This document shows, in pieces, positions 48,673 to 55,932 of a stretch of 55,932 nt of DNA. The notes under the pieces were generated by a model. The model was not told where the DNA came from, did no database searches, and was given only the letters and a program-made list of their open reading frames with translations. Both the position numbers and the translations under genes were made by a program. The DNA is from Actinomycetota bacterium (lineage in GTDB: Bacteria > Actinomycetota > Humimicrobiia > Humimicrobiales > Humimicrobiaceae), in the NCBI GenBank assembly GCA_051744345.1, contig JBNJCW010000004.1, positions 1-55,932 of the forward strand, given 5' to 3'. The first letter of the stretch is position 1; every line of letters begins with the position of its first letter.

Positions 48673-49981
48673 TAATTATAAAAATATAAATATAGGGCTG
48701 ATAGGGTTTGGCTATATAGCCAGCTGCGTGTACCGTTTGATTCATGAGCAGAGGGATTATATAGCCAGCAAGATAGAAAGACGGCTGAATGTAACCCGCA
48801 TAGCAGAAAAAGACTTAAGCAAGCTTAAAAACAATATCCCCGGGCTATCCAGCGTGTCTGTCTCCGGTGATGCGGCCGACATACTGGAGGATGAGGACAT
48901 AGACATAGTGGTGGAGCTTATAGGGGGGATTGTGCCTGCTTATGATTTCGTGTCCAGGGCTCTGGAAAAGGGAAAGTATGTGGTTACTGCCAATAAGGAT
49001 TTGATAGCCAACAAGGGGAAAAAGCTTTTTGATATAGCCCAAGGGTCTAATGTGGATATTTTGTTTGAGGCAAGCGTATGCGGGGGGATACCCATAATCG
49101 GCCCGCTTAAGTCATCCCTTGCTTCAAATAATATCAGCAAGATTGTGGGGGTGGTAAACGGTACCACCAATTACATACTTACCCGGATGCAAAAGGATAA
49201 CCTTTCCTTTGCCCAGGCGCTGAAGATGGCCCAGGACCTGGGGTATGCGGAAAAGGCAAACCCTTCTGCTGATATTGAGGGATATGATGCAGCCTGCAAG
49301 CTGGCTATTCTTTCATCCATTGCTTTTAATTCCAGGGTGGTGATGGATGATGTCTACAGGGAAGGCATTACCTCCATAAAGGCAGTGGATATAGGCAATG
49401 CCCAGGAGATGGGCTACCGCATAAAGCTTTTGGCCATCGGCATGGAAAAAGAGGGCGGTATAACCGTGAAGGTGCATCCAGCCCTGGTGCCTGTAGGGCA
49501 TATCCTTGCTTCTATTGAAGATACCTATAATGCGGTTTATGTTTACGGAAATTACGTGGACGAGGTTATGGGCTATGGCCGGGGAGCGGGAGACAGGCCG
49601 ACCGCCTCCTCAGTAGTAGGGGATATTATAAAGATTGCCAGAAACCATGACCGGCACAATAAGGGGGCAATTTACGGCTGCAGCTGTTTTAAGGCAAAAA
49701 AGATAAAACCCATAGATGAGGATATTAGCAAGTTTTACCTGCTTATGGATGCGGCAGACAGGCCGGGGGTCCTGGCCAAGATCGCCAATGTCTTCGGGGA
49801 TAATGCGGTTAGCATTAAATCCATGATACAGAAGCAGGCCGAAAAGGAAGGCACAGCCAGGCTCATATTTATAACCCACGAAGTTTTAAATAAAAACCTT
49901 TATAAATCTATTGAACAGGTATCAAGTCTGGATGTGGTCCAAAAAGTTCTCAGTGCCATAAGGGTAGAGGATCTGGACTGA
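48665..49981 (+). CDS. hom: Homoserine dehydrogenase with C-terminal ACT domain
   Basis: IGFGYI, VVTANK, EASVCGGIP, NGTTNYIL, G.DAACK and DRPGVLA. Confidence 0.96.
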   Translation: MNNNYKNINIGLIGFGYIASCVYRLIHEQRDYIASKIERRLNVTRIAEKDLSKLKNNIPGLSSVSVSGDAADILEDEDIDIVVELIGGIVPAYDFVSRALEKGKYVVTANKDLIANKGKKLFDIAQGSNVDILFEASVCGGIPIIGPLKSSLASNNISKIVGVVNGTTNYILTRMQKDNLSFAQALKMAQDLGYAEKANPSADIEGYDAACKLAILSSIAFNSRVVMDDVYREGITSIKAVDIGNAQEMGYRIKLLAIGMEKEGGITVKVHPALVPVGHILASIEDTYNAVYVYGNYVDEVMGYGRGAGDRPTASSVVGDIIKIARNHDRHNKGAIYGCSCFKAKKIKPIDEDISKFYLLMDAADRPGVLAKIANVFGDNAVSIKSMIQKQAEKEGTARLIFITHEVLNKNLYKSIEQVSSLDVVQKVLSAIRVEDLD

Positions 49982-51486
49982 TGGCAGCAGAAATCAGGTA
50001 CAGGAGCACCAGAGGCGGTTCCAGTGTCAGCTGCCTTAAGGCTATAGTGGAGGGAATAGCAGAGGACGGAGGCCTGTATGTGCCCACTGATTTTCCCAGG
50101 CTGGAGGAGCCCTTAAAAGATTTAGCAGGGATCAGTTATGTGGAGCTGGCCCGTATGATTATGACTGGCTTTTTCCCTGATTTCAGTTCCCGGGATATCG
50201 CTGACTGTGTCCTTGCTGCCTATGATGACAAGTTTGATCACCCTCATATCGCTCCCCTAGTAAAAAAAGGGGATTACTTTTTTTTAGAGCTCTTCCATGG
50301 CCCCACCCTGGCTTTTAAGGATATGGCCTTATCCGTTCTTCCCCACCTGCTGAAAAAAGCATCCCAAATCCTGGGCAATGAGAGAAAGATAGTTATCCTT
50401 ACCGCAACCTCCGGGGATACGGGCAAGGCTGCCCTGGAAGGATTTGCTGATGTTGAGGGTACCGAGATTGTAGTTTTTTACCCCAGGAAAGGGGTGAGCA
50501 AAATACAGGAAAGGCAGATGGTAACCCAGGAGGGCAAAAACACCCATGTTGTTGCCATTGAGGGAAATTTTGATGATGCCCAGAGGGGGGTAAAGGAAAT
50601 ATTTTCCGACAGGCAGTTCAAAAAACTTCTGGAGGAGAGAGGATACATTTTTTCTTCTGCCAATTCCATAAATATTGGGAGGCTCATACCCCAGGTGGCC
50701 TATTATGTTTACAGTTATCTTAAGTTACTTCAGTGGGGAGAGATAGATGAAGGGCAGGAGATAAATTTTAGCGTTCCCACCGGAAATTTTGGCAATATCC
50801 TCGCTGCCTATTATGCCAGGAAGATGGGGCTGCCTGTGGGCAGGCTGATATGCGCTTCCAATATAAACAATGTGCTGTATGATTTTTTTAAAACCGGCGT
50901 ATATGACAGTAACCGAAAGCTTGTTCCCACCTCTTCTCCTTCCATGGATATACTTGTATCCAGCAACCTGGAAAGACTTATTTATGATGTAAGCGGGCAG
51001 GATTCTGATAAGATTAAGAGCCTTTTAGATGGGCTCAATACCAGCGGCAGGTATGAGATTAACCATGATATGAGGGGCAGACTGGGGGATTTTTATGGCG
51101 GTTTTGCCTCAGAAGAGGATACCGCCCGTGCCATCCGCCTGGCCTTTGAGAAGCTGGGATACCTTATTGATACCCATACCGCGGTGGGTTTTGATGTTTA
51201 CCAGAAATACCTAAGGGATACCGGAGACAGCCGCAGGGCGGTTATAGTATCCACTGCCAGCCCGTTTAAGTTCCCGGACAAGGTAATAGAAGCGGTAGGC
51301 GGTGATGCAGGGGCTGGTGACCAGATGGAGCTTATAGGAAGGCTTTCAGAGATAAGCGGGGTACCGGTGCCGGAAAGGATAAAAAAGCTTGCCCGGCTTC
51401 CGGTAAGGCATGATGCTGTATGCAGCGGAGAAGAAATGAAGGACCGGATAGCGGACATGCTGGAGCTGGGAAGGGATAGCCAATGA
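49981..51486 (+). CDS. thrC: Threonine synthase
   Basis: YRSTRG, LELFHGPTLAFKD, ATSGDTG, NSINIGR and VPTGNFGN. Confidence 0.96.
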   Translation: MAAEIRYRSTRGGSSVSCLKAIVEGIAEDGGLYVPTDFPRLEEPLKDLAGISYVELARMIMTGFFPDFSSRDIADCVLAAYDDKFDHPHIAPLVKKGDYFFLELFHGPTLAFKDMALSVLPHLLKKASQILGNERKIVILTATSGDTGKAALEGFADVEGTEIVVFYPRKGVSKIQERQMVTQEGKNTHVVAIEGNFDDAQRGVKEIFSDRQFKKLLEERGYIFSSANSINIGRLIPQVAYYVYSYLKLLQWGEIDEGQEINFSVPTGNFGNILAAYYARKMGLPVGRLICASNINNVLYDFFKTGVYDSNRKLVPTSSPSMDILVSSNLERLIYDVSGQDSDKIKSLLDGLNTSGRYEINHDMRGRLGDFYGGFASEEDTARAIRLAFEKLGYLIDTHTAVGFDVYQKYLRDTGDSRRAVIVSTASPFKFPDKVIEAVGGDAGAGDQMELIGRLSEISGVPVPERIKKLARLPVRHDAVCSGEEMKDRIADMLELGRDSQ

Positions 51487-52694
51487 AGTATGCCGTAGTT
51501 TTAATGGACGGGGCCGCAGACCGCCCGCTGGCAAAACTGGGGGAAAGGACTCCCCTGCAGGCAGCTAAAAAACCTGCCATTGATTCTTTAGCCAGGCATA
51601 GCATGCTGGGCATGGTAAGCACCATTCCTGCGGGCATGGAGCCGGGAAGCGATACCGCCAATCTCTCTGTGCTGGGCTATGACCCGCTAAGCTGCCATAC
51701 CGGCCGCTCCCCCCTGGAAGCAGTAAGCATGGGGGTAGAGCTGGGAGAGGCGGATGTAGCCTTCAGGTGCAACCTGGTCACCCTTTCGGAAGGCAGCTAC
51801 CGGCAGAAAAAAATGGTGGACCACAGCGCCGGGGAGATAACCACCCCAGAAGCAGAAGAGCTGATAGGAGCTGTGGGCCAAGAACTGGCTACGGAGTTCA
51901 TAAGCTTTTATCCCGGGGTTGGCTACAGACACCTGATGGTATGGAAAGGAGGGCCCCACCGGTTAAGCCTTACCCCTCCCCATGACATACTGGGGAAGGC
52001 AGTTGGGGATTATCTTCCCCGGGGAGATAAATCCTCCAGGATACTGGATATAATGGAGAAAAGCACCCGCATACTGGAGGGCCATCCTGTAAACCTCAGG
52101 CGGAAAGAAGAGGGCGAGAGGGAGGCCAACTCCATATGGATCTGGGGCCAGGGCAAAAAACCCGAGCTGACTTCTTTTTTCAATAAATACGGCATAAGAG
52201 GCTCGGTTATATCAGCGGTAGACCTCATAAAGGGCATAGGCATCTGTGCGGGGCTTAAAGCGGTGAAGGTGGAAGGGGCAACCGGAAACCTGCATACCAA
52301 TTTCAGGGGAAAGGCTGAAGCAGCCATAGAAGAGCTCAAGGATAGGCAATTTGTTTACATACATATAGAGGCCCCTGATGAATGCGGCCACCAGGGGGAC
52401 ATACAGGGAAAGATAAAGTCCATAGAGGAGATAGACCGGAAAGTTATAAGGCCTGTGTGGGATTACCTAAAAAAATCAGGAGATGATTTCAAGATCATGG
52501 TTCTTTCAGACCACCCCACCCCTATCTCGGTAAGGACCCACACCCCGGATCCGGTGCCTTTCCTGATATATAGCAGCAGGGGCAGGAGAAATAATCCCCG
52601 GGCTGCCTTTGATGAGTTCTGGCCGCAAAAAAACGGCCCGGCGGCAGTACAGGGCCACACGCTTATGGATATGTTTTTTAAAAAAATGGTATGA
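51483..52694 (+). CDS. apgM: Cofactor-independent phosphoglycerate mutase family protein (ApgM; thr-operon 'proposed homoserine kinase' type)
   Basis: DGAADRP, PGSDTANLS, EAPDECGHQG and DHPTP...RTH..DPVPF metalloenzyme motifs. Confidence 0.85.
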   Translation: MKYAVVLMDGAADRPLAKLGERTPLQAAKKPAIDSLARHSMLGMVSTIPAGMEPGSDTANLSVLGYDPLSCHTGRSPLEAVSMGVELGEADVAFRCNLVTLSEGSYRQKKMVDHSAGEITTPEAEELIGAVGQELATEFISFYPGVGYRHLMVWKGGPHRLSLTPPHDILGKAVGDYLPRGDKSSRILDIMEKSTRILEGHPVNLRRKEEGEREANSIWIWGQGKKPELTSFFNKYGIRGSVISAVDLIKGIGICAGLKAVKVEGATGNLHTNFRGKAEAAIEELKDRQFVYIHIEAPDECGHQGDIQGKIKSIEEIDRKVIRPVWDYLKKSGDDFKIMVLSDHPTPISVRTHTPDPVPFLIYSSRGRRNNPRAAFDEFWPQKNGPAAVQGHTLMDMFFKKMV

Positions 52695-53569
52695 AAAAAA
52701 ACACAGCTTGCCTAAAAGCATGCGCCACCTCTGCCAACCTGGGCCCCGGTTTTGACCGGGCGGGCCTGGCTCTGGCCCTTTATAACCATTACAGGGCCAG
52801 GTTCCGGAGTAAGGGCTACAGTTTTTTTGAGACCAATTCCCAAAAGCATATAGAACCCCGCTCGAGCCTGGTGGTAGCCTCTGTGGAAAATACGCTTAAG
52901 ATTTGCCGAAAGGATTGGAGAAAGGGGCTGGCCATAGAGGTAGAGCAGAACATCCCTCCGGGAAAGGGGCTGGGAAGCAGTGCCGCGGATATAATAGCGG
53001 GCATCCTTATAGCCGATAAGCTCTATGGGCTAAAGCTCTCAGAGCAGGATGTATTTGAGATTGCTTTGGGGATGGAAAAGCACCCGGACAATATAGCTGC
53101 AGCGATTACCGGCGGCCTGGCGGTGTGCTACAGGGTTGGAAAAAAATTTAGCTATACCAGGCTAAGTATCCATCCCCATATCAGGGTGCTGCTGTTTATA
53201 CCCAAAGGAAGTATCAGCACCAGAGATGCACGCAAAGCCATACCGGACAAGGTGCCGGCAGAGGATGCAGCGGATAATATTGCCAATTTCTGCCTTCTGG
53301 CTGACAGCTTAAGAAAAGGTGATATCAGCCGGGCTTCGGTGTTTATCCGGGACAGGCTGTACCAGGAATACCGAAGAAACATATACCCTGCCTCCATGGA
53401 GGTATTAGACAAACTTAACCTGGAATACGGGATACCTGCAGCCATAAGCGGCTCCGGCCCTTCGGTTATCGCTTTTGTTAAAAAAGACTTTAACCCATCT
53501 TCTCTGGCCGGCAAGTTTCCTGGATTCAGCATTACCCAGGCTGAAATAAGTTTTAATGGAAGCTGTTAA
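52691..53569 (+). CDS. thrB: Homoserine kinase
   Basis: ATSANLGPGFD, GHMP motif PPGKGLGSSAA, HPDN and SGSGP. Confidence 0.93.
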   Translation: MKKNTACLKACATSANLGPGFDRAGLALALYNHYRARFRSKGYSFFETNSQKHIEPRSSLVVASVENTLKICRKDWRKGLAIEVEQNIPPGKGLGSSAADIIAGILIADKLYGLKLSEQDVFEIALGMEKHPDNIAAAITGGLAVCYRVGKKFSYTRLSIHPHIRVLLFIPKGSISTRDARKAIPDKVPAEDAADNIANFCLLADSLRKGDISRASVFIRDRLYQEYRRNIYPASMEVLDKLNLEYGIPAAISGSGPSVIAFVKKDFNPSSLAGKFPGFSITQAEISFNGSC

Positions 53570-53814
53570 AGCAAAAGAATTGGCCTTATTTAACCGGGAC
53601 CAATTCCATATAAAAACGGTTATGGACCCTAAGGCAGGAAGCCATTACCATAAATAGTCCATAAAATGAAGAGATAGGAAAGAGGGGTCTATCAATGAAG
53701 TCCTCCAAAGAATTAAATAGCAATACTGCCATAGTGCAATCTTTACAGTATCAGCCAGAGGGAAATCACTGCAGGGAATTTGAGAGCAGGCTTCGAATAT
53801 GATATTATTGAATT

Positions 53815-53827
53815 ATTGTAATACAAT
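53815..53827. promoter_or_regulatory. Palindromic operator upstream of the RHH-PIN pair
   Basis: ATTGTA-A-TACAAT perfect inverted repeat 12 nt upstream of the antitoxin start. Confidence 0.5.
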
Positions 53828-53839
53828 GTAATAATTAAG

Positions 53840-54097
53840 GTGATTGATTTGGGCAGAAGAAGCAAAGTCTTAACTCTGTCGCTGCCTCCAGAAATGGCTC
53901 AGGAATTGGATAGAATGGCTAGAGGCGAAGGAAAGAGCAGGAGCGAGTTATTTAAGGATATGTTTAAAGCCTACAAGCAGCATATTGCTGAAAAAGAGTG
54001 GAGAGACCTTTTTAGTTTTGGGAAAGAAACAGCAGAAAAATTCAATATAAAAGATGAAGAAGAACTGTTTAAAATATTAGATGAAGAGGAGTCTTAA
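53840..54097 (+). CDS. CopG/ribbon-helix-helix protein, probable antitoxin
   Basis: KVLTLSLPPEMAQELDRMA..EGKSRSELF RHH pattern with an acidic C-terminus; directly upstream of a PIN gene. Confidence 0.85.
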   Translation: MIDLGRRSKVLTLSLPPEMAQELDRMARGEGKSRSELFKDMFKAYKQHIAEKEWRDLFSFGKETAEKFNIKDEEELFKILDEEES

Positions 54098-54105
54098 ACA
54101 GATCA

Positions 54106-54507
54106 ATGTTAAGAATCGTTTTTGATTCTAATGTATTCATCTCCGCACTTCTTTTTAAAGGTATACCTGCAAAGGTTCTGGATATGGCTTTTAAAAATAA
54201 GATAATCCTGATTACATCAGATGAAATTATTGCAGAGACAGTAAGGATATTAAGAGAAAAATTTAAATGGCCAGAACACAATATAGATAAATTTGTGAGA
54301 AGATTATCCGATATCAGTGTTAATGTAAAATCCCGGATTAATGTAAATATTGTAAAAGAAAGAGGACCGGATAACAGGATAATTGAGTGTGCAGTATCAG
54401 GGAAAGCTGATTTGATAGTGTCTGGGGACAAACATCTTCTAAAATTAAAAAAATATGAAAACATTCCAATAGCCAGGCCAAAATATTTGACTTGTTTGGT
54501 TAACTGA
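54106..54507 (+). CDS. PIN-domain toxin (VapC-like)
   Basis: RIVFDSNVFISA, DNRIIECA and IVSGDKHLL acidic PIN motifs. Confidence 0.9.
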   Translation: MLRIVFDSNVFISALLFKGIPAKVLDMAFKNKIILITSDEIIAETVRILREKFKWPEHNIDKFVRRLSDISVNVKSRINVNIVKERGPDNRIIECAVSGKADLIVSGDKHLLKLKKYENIPIARPKYLTCLVN

Positions 54508-54678
54508 GGCGTAAATTTTTTTTAAATTTCTAAAAATTCTAACATTATAGTTTCTGCACCATCATAAAATTCCGAAATCTGCTGTCCATTTTAAAAAAGA
54601 ACACAGGGTTATAACAGTATAAACCATTATTTCTTTTGCTCCGGTATGCTGCTATTGGTAAAACAATAAAATCCTTCT

Positions 54679-55475
54679 ATGCGTATGGAAAACATAATAG
54701 AAGCAAAATCGCTTGCCAGGCTTTTTGATGGATTCAAGGCGGCAGACAGCATTGATTTCTCCCTAAGGCAGGGAGAGATTTTTAGTTTTTTAGGGCCCAA
54801 TGGCGCTGGAAAAACAACCACCATAAGGATGCTTACCGGAATACTTATACCTGATAGGGGCACTGCCCTGATAGATGGGGTTGATATGGCCAGGGAACCC
54901 ATTAAGGCTAAGGAAAGCATAGGGGTTATTCCGGAAGTGGGTAATATTTACCTGGACCTCAGCGCAATGCAGAATATCTTTCTGGCGGGTAAATTTTATG
55001 GACTGGATAAAGTAACAATAAAAAAGAGGGCTGACAGGCTGCTCAAGATGCTGGAATTGGAGGGGAAGGGGAAACTAGCCGTAGGGGCCTTTTCCAAAGA
55101 CCAGAAACAGAGGGGCAGCATAGCTGCCGCTATTGTGCATGAACCCAAGGTGCTTTTTTTGGATGAGCATACCTCAGGCCTGGATGTAGGGAGCCAGAGG
55201 GCTCAAAGAGCGTGATTGAAAAAACCCGGTCTGTAGAGGTATCTTCCGGGCAGCAGACGGGGGTTCTGGAAAAGATTGGCTCCGTTAATAGGGCAGAAGT
55301 ACATGGGGATAAATTCAAGCTGTACACCGGAGGCCCCAGCCGGATGGTAAAAGAGGTGGCCAGGATTGCAGAAGAGCGCGATTGTCCTTTCTGTCATGCT
55401 AAAAGGGCTGTAGAATTTGGTGAATGGTTATGTTCTGATATTTTAAAAGAAGGTACCCCGCAGCGGCCGCAGTAA
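54679..55475 (+). pseudogene. ABC transporter ATP-binding protein, internally deleted and frameshifted
   Basis: Walker A GPNGAGKTT is intact. The signature reads FSKDQKQR and Walker B reads DEHTSG. The ORF stops at 55215 before the H-loop, and a C-terminal-like fragment continues in another frame (55212..55475). No permease gene is adjacent. Confidence 0.7.
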
Positions 55476-55884
55476 TTTAAGACCTTTGGGGATTGGCTTC
55501 AATCCGGTCCTCAACCTGTACATACTTGCAGCTAATGGCTGCTTTTCTGATAACGGATACTTTTATGCTTCTGAAATAAATATTGATACAGCATCGCTTG
55601 AAAGAATTTTCATACATAAAATGGATGGCGGCACCCCTCTCCCATAAACCAGGTAAGTTTTTAATCCGATAAACATATGTCGGCTTTGGGAAGATTCTAG
55701 GTTGTTGCTGCTAATACTCAAATATCACCGGCGTTAGCGTAGCAGGATTATTACAAGTGGAATGCTATCCAGGTTTTAATTTTACCTGATTGTTTACATA
55801 TTTTCTGCTAAAATCAATAAATATCAGATATTAAAAGATTTTAATTAAGTAAGCAAGAAGTCAATTATACGAGGAGATTAGCTT

Positions 55885-55932
55885 ATGAAGAGTTATGTAA
55901 GATTTGGTGCAATGATTGCAACATCAACAGTA
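55885..55932 (+). CDS. 5' end of a DUF305-like membrane protein (runs off the window)
   Basis: RBS gaggag, then MKSYVRFGAMIATSTV. The RF.AMIATSTV N-terminus is recalled from DUF305-containing proteins. Only 16 codons are visible. Confidence 0.5.
   Translation, partial: MKSYVRFGAMIATSTV

Noticed and set aside
53570-53814. Intergenic region after thrB as a possible ncRNA or small ORF (MKSSKELNSN...)
   Set aside because: No recognisable riboswitch or Rfam-like motif, and no protein motif; cannot be supported without a search.
55476-55880. Possible gene remnant or ncRNA between the ABC fragment and the final ORF
   Set aside because: Short open frames on the minus strand gave no recognisable motif by eye.

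Overview
Core-genome window from an anaerobic bacterium. The gene set and gene order are compatible with an uncultured Actinomycetota- or Firmicutes-like anaerobe; this is inference only. Left to right: a decayed nucleotidyltransferase (AbiEii-like) toxin-antitoxin pair; a PadR-terminated operon (split permease, cupin, Cys/His-rich small protein) with a palindromic operator in its promoter; a same-strand run of iorAB, ACT protein, small accessory protein, sodium:solute symporter, two paaK, a degenerate prenyl synthase, a B12-binding radical SAM enzyme, a polyprenyl synthase and an AEC transporter; a TPR-Slt lipoprotein; a PAS-GGDEF-HD-GYP protein; a patatin; nadABC; an Rrf2-led sulfur operon (metY, a non-canonical radical SAM enzyme, cystathionine beta-synthase, cystathionine gamma-lyase/synthase, larE, a methyltransferase); an archaeal-like topA; convergently oriented fumarate hydratase alpha and beta subunits; HAD, flavin reductase and MFS genes; a 1.4-kaa double-activase fusion with PlsA/R-Ger (ether lipid) architecture; tmk-holB-yaaT-tRNA-Thr(CGT)-argS-lysA-hom-thrC-apgM-thrB; and an accessory end with an RHH-PIN TA pair, an ABC ATPase pseudogene and the start of a DUF305-like gene. 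The best candidates for undescribed biology are (1) the B12-radical SAM gene sandwiched between a catalytically dead and an intact prenyl synthase, (2) the CX8CX2C radical SAM plus CxxC-type LarE embedded in the transsulfuration operon, and (3) the ether-lipid-synthase-like fusion. No CRISPR array, rRNA or intact transposase was seen. All family assignments come from motif recognition by eye; no database searches were run.
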